A stretch of 62,009 bases of DNA, filler included, from Nitrospinae bacterium RIFCSPLOWO2_12_FULL_45_22 (GCA_001803565.1; 7 parts of 7 records of this genome joined end to end with filler, not necessarily neighbours in it); one strand, 5' to 3'; positions 10,121-18,869 are shown, counted from the first letter of the whole stretch. The notes: generated by a model not told the origin, from the sequence alone. Numbers and translations: made by a program.

Positions 10121-10378
10121 CTAATTGCCCCTTTGACCCGTAATTATAAGCTGGGCAATAGATTCCAGGGTCTTACCTACACCAGCCAGTGTCTCACTTA
10201 TACCAGCAAGCACTTCGTCATGCCTCACCGAGCGCTCATCCATCTTCTCCAGGATCTCTGTTTGCTTCAGGCTACGTTCATCCATCCTCTCCAACACCCT
10301 GGTAGTCTGCTTATTTAAGAATACACCCCAAACTGCCAGGAACATGCCCAAAAAAGTTAAGCCTATTGCTGTTTCCAA
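10121..10378 (-). CDS. Small hypothetical protein: N-terminal TM helix plus coiled coil
   Basis: AGGAGG RBS, TTG start, in operon orientation; hydrophobic N-terminus; 14-aa repeat VLERMDERSLKQTE/ILEKMDERSVRHDE. Confidence 0.7.
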   Translation of the reverse strand: METAIGLTFLGMFLAVWGVFLNKQTTRVLERMDERSLKQTEILEKMDERSVRHDEVLAGISETLAGVGKTLESIAQLIITGQRGN

Positions 10379-10439
10379 CTGGGTAACCCTCCTTTTTAAG
10401 ATTGCTTATAAAGGACCTTCCTCCCCTTTCCTGCTCCTT

Positions 10440-11037
10440 TTATCCCTTTAAATCCTTATTGTAATCCATATCAAACCACATGGCAAAAAGGGTCAACTGA
10501 ATACCAGACATTACCAGCATAGCCCCCAGGATCATCCAGCCATACCCTATATCAAACAATTCAAGCTGGTCAATCAGCAGGGTGAATAGACCCAGGGCCG
10601 CCCCTCCCAGCAAAAAAACTAGACCAAATAGGTAAAAAAATACCAGGGGATGAAAATCCTGGATGATATATTTATGGAATAAACGCCGGATAAAACCCTT
10701 GAGCAGGAGCCAGGATATCCGGGGTATTACTTTTCGGAGTCTGATGCCCGATCTTTCTCCGATATTATAAACTGGTTTTATCTGGACATCTTTGACCTTG
10801 AAATTATGGATATTTAACCAGATGAGCAGGTCATTGGGCATGCCGTACCGGGGGAAAACCCGCTCCAGGTCTAATTCCTGCAAGGCCCGCAAAGAGATGG
10901 CGGTATAGCCCGATTGAGAATCAGCGATATGCCAGTAGCCTGAGGCTATCTTAGTAAGGAGCGAGAGGACCGAATTGCCTAAATAGCGATAATGGGGTAT
11001 CAGGTTCCAGGATTGGCCGCTGAACAATCGGTTCCCT
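10440..11037 (-). CDS. Glycosyltransferase family 2 (polyprenol-phosphate sugar synthase/DPM-like), 5' truncated by contig end
   Basis: GNRL...RYLGNSVLSLLTKIASGYWHIADSQSGYTAI is typical of the DPM-like GT2 C-terminal half; two C-terminal TM helices. Confidence 0.85.
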
Positions 11038-11137
11038 NNNNNNNNNNNNNNNNNNNNNNNNNNNNNNNNNNNNNNNNNNNNTTAATTAATTAANNNNNNN
11101 NNNNNNNNNNNNNNNNNNNNNNNNNNNNNNNNNNNNN
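11038..11137. other. Artificial contig linker
   Basis: 100 nt: N-run + TTAATTAATTAA (stops in all frames) + N-run. Confidence 0.98.
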
Positions 11138-11143
11138 CCTGTC

Positions 11144-11172
11144 TTGACAAACCTCCTCTATTTCTTTATAGT
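11144..11172 (+). promoter_or_regulatory. Sigma70-type promoter
   Basis: TTGACA (11144-11149), 17-nt spacer, TATAGT (11167-11172), upstream of the 11227 operon. Confidence 0.75.
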
Positions 11173-11226
11173 TTTTTGGTGATCCTGATAATTTATGACT
11201 GATTTTCGTTTCTTCTTAACCAAGAG

Positions 11227-11829
11227 ATGTTAGATGCCAAACTACCCGAGAGGCTTGATCCCTGGCTGGTCAAGCTATTAACCCCCTTTTCTAAAAATGG
11301 GATCAACCCCAATTTTCTGACCTTAATGGGCTTGTTGCTCAGCTTTTTAGCTTCTCTGGGTATTATCTTTGATAGGATTATCCTGGCTGGGGTCATTATT
11401 TTAATAGCTGGCGGTTTTGATATTCTAGATGGTGCAGCGGCCAGGATATTTAAAAAAGCTACTCCCTTTGGTAAATTTCTCGATTCAGTAGTAGATAGGT
11501 ATTCAGATACCTTTGTTTGTCTGGGGCTGATGGTCTACTTTTCTCTGCGTGGACAGACCGGTAACCTTATCCTGACTGGGGTAGTATTATTAGGGTGTAT
11601 CTTGATCCCTTACACCAAGGCCAAGGCCGAGACCCTTATTGGGAAATGTAATATCGGTATAATGGAAAGACCGGAGCGGGTTATTCTTTTATCCCTGGGG
11701 CTTATTTTTAATATAATAACACCGGTCTTATGGATCCTCGCTATCTTATGCCATATCACGGTTTTTCAAAGGATATTCTATACCCGAAAAAGGCTTCACT
11801 CCGGCGCAAGACGCAATAATAAGTGCTAA
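11227..11829 (+). CDS. CDP-alcohol phosphatidyltransferase family protein
   Basis: PNFLT and DILDGAAAR...GKFLDSVVDRYSD signature; SY/PYTKAKAE and ERPER motifs resemble the phosphatidylinositol-phosphate synthase-like subgroup. Confidence 0.9.
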   Translation: MLDAKLPERLDPWLVKLLTPFSKNGINPNFLTLMGLLLSFLASLGIIFDRIILAGVIILIAGGFDILDGAAARIFKKATPFGKFLDSVVDRYSDTFVCLGLMVYFSLRGQTGNLILTGVVLLGCILIPYTKAKAETLIGKCNIGIMERPERVILLSLGLIFNIITPVLWILAILCHITVFQRIFYTRKRLHSGARRNNKC

Positions 11830-11884
11830 TGATAGCTGTCAGGGCTCAGTTAATCCCTGATGCCCGAACCCGGGTGTTAAAAAA

Positions 11885-12364
11885 ATGTGGGAGATCAAGA
11901 AAGTACTAGTACCAATAGACCTATCGGATACAGAAAGCACCTCAAATACCTTCCCCTTTGCCCAGTCCTTAGCCGAAGAGTTTGGTGCTGAGTTGTACGT
12001 AATCTATGTCTACCAAATTCCTACTCTTATTGACCTATTATCGGCTCCGCTTGCTTTCTTGAAGAGTAAAGAAGAGCTAGCGGAAGGAGCCAGGGTAGCT
12101 GCCGAAGAGAGGCTATCTAGTTTTCTGGACAAAACCTCTAGCCCAACGATCAAACCCCAGGGCCTAATCCGCTCCGGTACTCCTTATGAGGAGATACTCC
12201 AGGTTGCCCAGGAGCTAACAATAGACCTGATTGTTATTGGTACCAGGGCCTTGAAAGGAATAGACCACCTATTACTGGGTAGTACTGCCGAACGGGTAGT
12301 CAGGATGGCCAGTTGCCCGGTTATTACCATTAAACCCAAAAACTTTCGCTTTGTTATGCCTTAA
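11885..12364 (+). CDS. Universal stress protein (UspA family)
   Basis: KVLVPIDLS...GTPYEEI...DLIVIGT...LLGSTAERVVRMASCPV. Confidence 0.93.
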   Translation: MWEIKKVLVPIDLSDTESTSNTFPFAQSLAEEFGAELYVIYVYQIPTLIDLLSAPLAFLKSKEELAEGARVAAEERLSSFLDKTSSPTIKPQGLIRSGTPYEEILQVAQELTIDLIVIGTRALKGIDHLLLGSTAERVVRMASCPVITIKPKNFRFVMP

Positions 12365-12376
12365 CCATCTAATGGT

Positions 12377-12452
12377 GTTATTGGGTTATTAGGTTATTGG
12401 GTAACTAATTACCTAATAACGCAGTGACGTAATGACCTAATAACCCAATAAC
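12377..12452. repeat. Palindromic intergenic element of 8-nt periodic units
   Basis: Left arm GTTATTGG GTTATTAG GTTATTGG; right arm ...TAATGACC TAATAACC CAATAAC; terminal 19 nt complementary at 18/19. Confidence 0.8.
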
Positions 12453-12467
12453 GATATTTATAAAAGG

Positions 12468-12941
12468 ATGAAGATCAGGAAAGTTTTAATCCCAGTAGAT
12501 TTTTCTCCTTCTTCTAAAAGGGCCCTGAACTGTGCCCTGGTATTTGCCAGGAAGTATCAGAGCAAGCTGTTTATCCTTGCCTGTAGTGAAGGTTACGTCA
12601 TCGGCCCCGAAGTAATTAAAGGGCATTGGGATTCGTCCGACCAGCAAACCCACAATCTTTTAGAGGCGATCAAAGCCCAGAGCCAAAAGGAAACCGAAGA
12701 GAGGTTGAGTAAGTTCCTGGAAGATGCCTTTGGAGAAGAATTAGCCGGGCATGAAAGATTAGTCGTTTATGGTATCCCTTATGAAGAGATTATTCGGGCA
12801 GCCAGGCGATTACAAGTGGATATGATAATCCTGGGAACCATGGGTAGAACCGGTATAGAGAGGCTCATGCTGGGCAGCACCGCAGAGAAGGTAGTTAGGT
12901 TGGCCCATTGCCCGGTTATGACAGTGAGGAGGGAAGAATAA
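12468..12941 (+). CDS. Universal stress protein (UspA family)
   Basis: KVLIPVDFS...GIPYEEI...GTMGRTG...LGSTAEKVVRLAHCPV. Confidence 0.93.
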   Translation: MKIRKVLIPVDFSPSSKRALNCALVFARKYQSKLFILACSEGYVIGPEVIKGHWDSSDQQTHNLLEAIKAQSQKETEERLSKFLEDAFGEELAGHERLVVYGIPYEEIIRAARRLQVDMIILGTMGRTGIERLMLGSTAEKVVRLAHCPVMTVRREE

Positions 12942-12944
12942 TAG

Positions 12945-15623
12945 ATGGGTGCTGCCCCTTCTATGTATCTGATTGATGGCTCTTCTTATGTCTACCGGGC
13001 ATTCTTTGCCTTGAAACAGTATCTTTCTACTAAGCAAGGTGTCCCTACCAATGCCATCTATGGCTTTCTAAAAATGCTTTTGAAAATCATCAAGGAGGAA
13101 AATCCCGATTATCTGGCTATTGTCTTTGACCCTAAGGGCAATACCATAAGACATGAACAATATGGGGAGTACAAAGCTACCAGACCCAGTATGCCCTCAG
13201 AATTGGCCCAGCAAATCCCTTATATCCATCAGGTCATCAAGGCCTTAAATATACCGGTATTACAGGAAGAGAGATATGAAGCCGATGATGTTATCGGAAC
13301 TGTTGCTAAAGAAGCTGCGGCAAAAGGCTTTGAGGTAACCATTGTCAGTGGAGATAAAGACCTGTTCCAACTCATTTCACCGCGGGTCAGGGTGCTGGAT
13401 ACTATGAAAGGAAAAGTTTACCGGGCTGAGGAGGTAAAGGAGCAGTATGGCGTAGAGCCCGATAAGATGATAGACCTATTAGGCTTAACGGGTGATAGTA
13501 TTGATAATATCCCGGGTGTGCCCGGTATCGGCCAGAAGACAGCCTTAGAATTGATAAACAAGTTCCAGAACCTGGAAAATCTCTTAGAGCAACTGGATAA
13601 AGTAGAAAGAGAAAAGGTGCGTAATATTTTGGCCCAAAATGCCAACCAGGCCCGCCTGAGCAAACAGTTAGCAACCATTATTATTGATGTCCCGCTAGAA
13701 ATGGATTTAGAAGAGCTTAAGGTAAGGGAAGCTAATTGGTCCGGGCTCCAGACCCTATTCAAGGAACTGGAATTCTATTCTCTCCTCAAAGAGCTGGGTG
13801 GTGAAGAGCCTTTCCCCCAATTTGATTGCCAGATCATCCTCACGGAAAGGGATTTTCAGCCGTGGCTGGAAAAGATCGGAAAAGCACCCTTTATTGCCCT
13901 GGATACTATCAGTAGCCAGCCAGACCGTATGCACGGCGAGATCGTGGGCCTGGCCCTCTCTCTGGACGATAAAGAGACAGCCTATATCCCCTTGACTCAC
14001 TCCTATCCCAACTGCCCTGCGCAACTCAGCAAAAAACTGGTTCTAGATAAGCTAAAACTTTTTTTAGAAGACCCAGAAATCAAGAAATATGGGCACGACC
14101 TTAAGGCTGACATACTAACCCTGGTCCGAGAAGGGGTTAGTTTACAGGGCATGGACTTTGATACCATGGTGGCCTCTTATCTGCTTAATCCCTCCCGCTC
14201 GAATCATAACCTCGAGGATATTGCCCTGGAGTATCTTAACCGGAAAAAGGCCCCCCTAAAGGATCTCATAGGTAGTGGCAGCAAAACCATTAGCTTCAAG
14301 CAGGTGGATATTAACCGAGTGGCTCAGTTCCTGGCCGAAGAGACCACCGTTTCTCAGATGTTAGTATCTAAATTAACCTCTTTATTGCAAGAGGCGGGTC
14401 TGGAGCAACTCTTTCAGGAGATAGAACTCCCCCTGATCCAGGTGCTGGCTGAGATGGAGAGGAATGGGGTAAAGATAGATCGGGAGTTCCTGCGAGATAT
14501 ATCCAAAAACCTGGAACGAGAGCTGGGTCAGTTAGAAGGTCAGATATATAGGCTGGCGGGTGAGCAGTTCAATATTAATTCGCCGAAACAACTCCAGGAG
14601 ATACTCTTTGAGAAGCTGAAGCTGAAGCCAATTAAGCGGACCAAGACCGGCTATTCGACCGATGTAGGGGTATTAGAAGAGCTAGCCCTGCAGCATGAAT
14701 TACCTGCCCAAGTCCTTAATTATCGCCAGTTGGCCAAGCTCAAGTCTACTTATGTAGATGCCTTGCCTCAATTGATTAATCCCGCGACCGGCCGGGTGCA
14801 TACCTCTTTCAATCAGACCGTGACGGCTACTGGCCGCCTAAGCAGTAGCGAGCCAAATCTACAAAATATCCCTATCCGCTCCGCTATTGGCCGGGAGATC
14901 CGTAAGGCATTTGTCGCAGAAGAGGGCCATCTGCTCCTCTCTGCTGATTATTCCCAGATTGAGCTGCGGATAATGGCCCATTTATCCGATGACCCGGCCC
15001 TCATAGAGGCCTTCTCTAAAGGTCAAGATATTCATCAACGCACCGCCGCCGAAGTATTCGGTATTGCTGCCGAGCAAGTAACAGCCGATATGCGCCGCAT
15101 GGCCAAGACCGTCAATTTTGGCATAATGTACGGGATGAGCCCCTATGGCCTGGCCAAGGACTTAGGCATCAGCCAGCAGGGGGCCAAAGAGTTTATTGAT
15201 GGCTATTTTGCTAAATATTCCAGGGTAAAAGAATATATGAGCCATATACTGGCGGCTGCCTACCAGGATGGCTATGTCACTACTATCCTTAATCGGAGGC
15301 GCTACCTACCAGACCTGCGCAGTGAGAACAAAAATGTACGCGAATTCGCAGAACGCACTGCGATCAATACCCCTATCCAGGGCTCGGCTGCCGATATTAT
15401 CAAGCTGGCTATGGTAAAGATATATCAGCAGATAAAAAAGGAAAAGCTGCGCTCCCGGATGATCCTGCAGGTGCATGATGAGCTATTATTTGAAGTGCCT
15501 CTAACAGAAAAAGAGGCTATGACGGCCCTGGTAAAAGAGCAGATGGAGCAGGTCATATCCCTGAAAGTGCCTCTAGTGGTGGATATAGGGTTAGGAAATA
15601 ATTGGGAAGAGGTGCATGATTAA
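12945..15623 (+). CDS. polA: DNA polymerase I
   Basis: 5'-3' exonuclease domain (LIDGSSYVYRAFFA, EADDVIG, GDKDL); polymerase motifs TGRLSSSEPNLQNIP, ADYSQIELR, AKTVNFGIMYG, QVHDEL. Confidence 0.98.
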   Translation: MGAAPSMYLIDGSSYVYRAFFALKQYLSTKQGVPTNAIYGFLKMLLKIIKEENPDYLAIVFDPKGNTIRHEQYGEYKATRPSMPSELAQQIPYIHQVIKALNIPVLQEERYEADDVIGTVAKEAAAKGFEVTIVSGDKDLFQLISPRVRVLDTMKGKVYRAEEVKEQYGVEPDKMIDLLGLTGDSIDNIPGVPGIGQKTALELINKFQNLENLLEQLDKVEREKVRNILAQNANQARLSKQLATIIIDVPLEMDLEELKVREANWSGLQTLFKELEFYSLLKELGGEEPFPQFDCQIILTERDFQPWLEKIGKAPFIALDTISSQPDRMHGEIVGLALSLDDKETAYIPLTHSYPNCPAQLSKKLVLDKLKLFLEDPEIKKYGHDLKADILTLVREGVSLQGMDFDTMVASYLLNPSRSNHNLEDIALEYLNRKKAPLKDLIGSGSKTISFKQVDINRVAQFLAEETTVSQMLVSKLTSLLQEAGLEQLFQEIELPLIQVLAEMERNGVKIDREFLRDISKNLERELGQLEGQIYRLAGEQFNINSPKQLQEILFEKLKLKPIKRTKTGYSTDVGVLEELALQHELPAQVLNYRQLAKLKSTYVDALPQLINPATGRVHTSFNQTVTATGRLSSSEPNLQNIPIRSAIGREIRKAFVAEEGHLLLSADYSQIELRIMAHLSDDPALIEAFSKGQDIHQRTAAEVFGIAAEQVTADMRRMAKTVNFGIMYGMSPYGLAKDLGISQQGAKEFIDGYFAKYSRVKEYMSHILAAAYQDGYVTTILNRRRYLPDLRSENKNVREFAERTAINTPIQGSAADIIKLAMVKIYQQIKKEKLRSRMILQVHDELLFEVPLTEKEAMTALVKEQMEQVISLKVPLVVDIGLGNNWEEVHD

Positions 15624-15625
15624 AT

Positions 15626-15674
15626 GGTTATTGGTCATTAGTTATTGGTCATTAGTTATTGGTCATTGGTCATT
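15626..15674 (+). repeat. Tandem heptamer array (RGTYATT x7), STRR-like
   Basis: GGTTATT GGTCATT AGTTATT GGTCATT AGTTATT GGTCATT GGTCATT between polA and yjbQ. Confidence 0.9.
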
Positions 15675-15686
15675 GGAGAAGGAACA

Positions 15687-16091
15687 ATGGTTTTACGGGT
15701 GCAGGTCAGGTCCAGAGGCCGTTCTGACCTGATTGATATTACCGAAAAGATCAGGGCCCTGGTTAGAGAGAGCAAGGTACAAGATGGTATCTGCTTCCTC
15801 TATGTACCCCATACTACCGCGGGTATCTTAATAAATGAAAATGCCGACCCATCAGTAGCCCGGGACATCCTGAACGAATTGGAGCGGCTCATACCCTGGG
15901 ATGGTCATTACCAGCACCGCGAAGGTAATGCCGCAGCCCATATAAAGAGTAGTTTAGCGGGCGCTTCCGAAACCATCTTCATAGAGGCCGGGGAGCTGGC
16001 ACTGGGCACCTGGCAGGGCATCTACCTGGCCGAGTTTGATGGCCCCAGACAAAGAAATGTCTGGGTAAAATTTTTAGTCACCCAAAAATAG
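15687..16091 (+). CDS. yjbQ: YjbQ / UPF0047 family protein
   Basis: PHTTAGILINENADP, HREGNAAAHIKSSL, LGTWQGIYLAEFDGPR. Start moved to ATG 15687 because the track start lies in the heptamer repeat. Confidence 0.93.
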   Translation: MVLRVQVRSRGRSDLIDITEKIRALVRESKVQDGICFLYVPHTTAGILINENADPSVARDILNELERLIPWDGHYQHREGNAAAHIKSSLAGASETIFIEAGELALGTWQGIYLAEFDGPRQRNVWVKFLVTQK

Positions 16092-16220
16092 AAAAACTTC
16101 CCCCAGATTAACACTGGCCACCGCTCATATTTTCACCGCCATCATAATGTTCAGGGGGTAGTCTTAATTGGGTTGATCAAGGCTAAAGCCTTGAGTTAGA
16201 GGTAACGGGCAAAAGTGTAG

Positions 16221-16763
16221 TTAGAGGAGATTAAACCTTTTCAGGACTTGAGCAACTTTTTCATCGCTCTTGCTAAGGGCTCGCAGAGAATCAATGAGGG
16301 AGTGGATGGTCCCGCGGTTTTCAGCAATCTCATCCTCTATCTTTCTCACCTTTGTCTCAAAGGGTCTGATCATAGTTCGTCTATCCCAGAAGGCAAACCC
16401 TATGATTGCTATCACCAGCGTAGTGAATATAGCTACCATCCGATTAAACTGGGCATTCATATCTTCGCGGAGCTGGTTTATCTGTTTGCTGGTATCTTCC
16501 CGGAGCTGACCTATCTGTTTGCTGGTATCATCCCGGAGTCGGTTCATATCCTCGCGGAGTTGTTTCATGTCTTCCCGGAGCTGGTTTATTGCCTCGGTAT
16601 TAGCCCTTATCTCTGCCCTTAGGGTGTTCTGCCCCTCCTCTAACCTTGTCAGTCTCTCTATAATCTCCCGGTCGCTAATCCTTGGTGCTGTTTCAATAGC
16701 AAGGACCAGCGAAGGGATAGTCAGTGCAGTTATTAAACCCATTATGATGGCGATCTTCTTCAT
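16221..16763 (-). CDS. Signal peptide + coiled-coil repeat stalk + TM + WDRRT tail protein (paralog of 29897-30454)
   Basis: N-terminal signal peptide; [15 protein letters not shown] repeats with 7- and 11-aa spacing; TM followed by WDRRT. Confidence 0.8.
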   Translation of the reverse strand: MKKIAIIMGLITALTIPSLVLAIETAPRISDREIIERLTRLEEGQNTLRAEIRANTEAINQLREDMKQLREDMNRLRDDTSKQIGQLREDTSKQINQLREDMNAQFNRMVAIFTTLVIAIIGFAFWDRRTMIRPFETKVRKIEDEIAENRGTIHSLIDSLRALSKSDEKVAQVLKRFNLL

Positions 16764-16769
16764 AAGTCC

Positions 16770-16799
16770 AGTGTACTATCAGTAATTAGGCAAAGTCAA
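16770..16799 (-). promoter_or_regulatory. Sigma70-like promoter, probably producing a leaderless mRNA
   Basis: Minus strand TTGACT, 18-nt spacer, TACACT, then GGACTT-ATG (16763). Confidence 0.5.
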
Positions 16800-17068
16800 C
16801 CTAAAAAAGCTACTCTTATCTTCTTTTCAATAGTAGCAAAATAATTATATCAATCTACGCCAAGGGTGCCCTCCCAGCCCCCCCTGCAGCCAAGTATTTA
16901 CCAGCAATAATTCACCCTGTTTTCAATAAACATTAAAAAGGTTGATAAGTATTATCAATATCAATGAATACCTATCTCACTCAATAACTTTAATGCCCCT
17001 TGGGTATAAGGGTTTTCTATGCAATCTCATCCATCTCAACATCTCTAAGAGTTATGTCATCTACTTCT

Positions 17069-17638
17069 CTATAAAAAATCTTCTAATACATGAATCCTCA
17101 CCGGATGGCTTTTACCTTTGACCCGGATAGGATCTAAGGGCCGGGTAATTACTTTACCCCTGGTCTTTTCATAGGTCTTCTCTCCTATCAGGATCTCGCC
17201 TTTACGGGCCAGGGCCTGGAGGCGGAAGGCCAGGGTCACCGTATCACCAATAGCGGTATAGTTTAGTCTATGCTCCGAGCCCATATTACCAATAACCGCT
17301 GGGCCAGTATTTATCCCGATACCTACCTGGATATCCTTATCACTGTCTTTATATGGATATGGTTCCATCCTACTCAAGGTTTTGTGTATTTCGAGGGCAG
17401 CCGAGACCGCCCTAAAGGCACTATCCTCTTGATACATGGGCACCCCAAAAAGGGCCATTAAACTGTCACCCATAAACTTATCCACCCAGCCATGATAGTT
17501 AAAGACAATATCAGTGATAGTTTGAAAGTGGCGGTTTAATAGGCTCACGATGGCTTCAGGAGACATATCGTCGGTCAAGGCACTGAACTCCCTTATATCC
17601 ACCAGCAGGACGCTTATTTCTTGTAATTTCCCATCCAA
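17069..17638 (-). CDS. Class III adenylate/guanylate cyclase catalytic domain, stand-alone and possibly degenerate
   Basis: VDIREFS, VDKFMGDSLMALFG, GIGINTG, GNMGS, YTAIGDTVTLAFRLQ, VKGK. Start uncertain. Confidence 0.85.
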   Translation of the reverse strand: MDGKLQEISVLLVDIREFSALTDDMSPEAIVSLLNRHFQTITDIVFNYHGWVDKFMGDSLMALFGVPMYQEDSAFRAVSAALEIHKTLSRMEPYPYKDSDKDIQVGIGINTGPAVIGNMGSEHRLNYTAIGDTVTLAFRLQALARKGEILIGEKTYEKTRGKVITRPLDPIRVKGKSHPVRIHVLEDFL

Positions 17639-17872
17639 TTTTATGTGGTAGCCATATCTCTAAGCAAAACAAAATGCCATCTCTCTCCTCCCTCATCCCG
17701 ATTCCTCCATAAACATATTTGTAATTACAAAGGAAGTATTGTATGATTATCACCTGGTCACCATTGCCTATGTTTCTATGACTGATTACTAATAGCTTTC
17801 CACAAGTTATTGAGTAGTTACGGTTTGTTCTACATCTTCTCTTTATTAATCTATAGAAGGGGGGCAGAGGTA

Positions 17873-18250
17873 ATGAAAAAATCAATTTCTATAGGGATAA
17901 TATTCTCCTACCTTTTTATTAACATTAGTTGCGCTACGATAATGAAGGACAAAATGGATTTAATTTCTTTTTCCTCAGAACCTGATGGAGCAAAAATTCA
18001 CGTAGATAATTATCCTGTTGCTGAAACCCCCGCTTCTGTTCCCTTAGAAAGAACTAAGCATAGTATTAATTTTAAAAAAGAAGGATACCAAACTGGTACT
18101 GCTATCATAGATAGGAGATTAGATTGGGGATGGTATATTTTTGGAAATATTGTCTTTGGAGGAATAGTAGGTTGGATAGTTGATGCCCTAACGAATGAAA
18201 TGTGGAATTTAGAGCCCAAAAGAGTTCATGTGGTCTTAGAAAAAAAATAG
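17873..18250 (+). CDS. PEGA-domain (lipo)protein
   Basis: Signal peptide ending ISCATI; SSEPDGAKIHVD...TP...KKEGY PEGA pattern; GGIVGWIVDALT tail. Start at ATG 17873 after GAGG. Confidence 0.75.
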   Translation: MKKSISIGIIFSYLFINISCATIMKDKMDLISFSSEPDGAKIHVDNYPVAETPASVPLERTKHSINFKKEGYQTGTAIIDRRLDWGWYIFGNIVFGGIVGWIVDALTNEMWNLEPKRVHVVLEKK

Positions 18251-18280
18251 CCTTTTACATGTAATAAGAGGGTTTGAGGG

Positions 18281-18769
18281 ATGAAAAAATTCATCTGGCC
18301 TATACTGGCTTTTAGTTTATTATTTCTCTCATTTTCCCCTCAAATATTTGCTACCTATAGTTCTGATGCTATTACTGCGAAGTGTACTCGGGTTATAGAT
18401 GGCGATACCATAGAAGTAGAATATTATGGCAAGAAGGATAAAGTAAGACTAATCGGGGTTGACACCCCAGAGACAAAGGATCCCAGAAAGCCAGTCCAAT
18501 ATTTCGGAAAAGAAGCTACTGAATTTACTAGAAGGGTAGTTGAAGGAGAAAATGTCAAATTAGAATTTGACCAAACTTTAAGAGATAAGTATGACCGTCT
18601 ATTGGCTTATGTCTATCTTCCTAGCGGGGAGATGTTAAATGCCAAACTTATCAAAGAAGGTTATGGACATGCGTACACCAAATATCCCTTTAAATATTTA
18701 GAGGAATTTCGACTCTATGAGAAACAAGCCAGGGAGAAAGGATTGGGGTTATGGGGCGAAAGAAAAGTA
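18281..18769 (+). CDS. Thermonuclease (SNase) family secreted nuclease, 3' truncated
   Basis: Signal peptide; RVIDGDTI, VRLIGVDTPE, DKYDRLLAYV, AREKGLGLWG. Confidence 0.93.
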
Positions 18770-18869
18770 NNNNNNNNNNNNNNNNNNNNNNNNNNNNNNN
18801 NNNNNNNNNNNNNTTAATTAATTAANNNNNNNNNNNNNNNNNNNNNNNNNNNNNNNNNNNNNNNNNNNN
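18770..18869. other. Artificial contig linker
   Basis: N-run + TTAATTAATTAA + N-run. Confidence 0.98.

Noticed and set aside
15645-15686. N-terminal extension MVISYWSLVIG of yjbQ
   Set aside because: Translation of the heptamer repeat.
16800-17068. AT-rich non-coding stretch, possible gene remnant or sRNA
   Set aside because: No ORF, repeat or structure that I can support.
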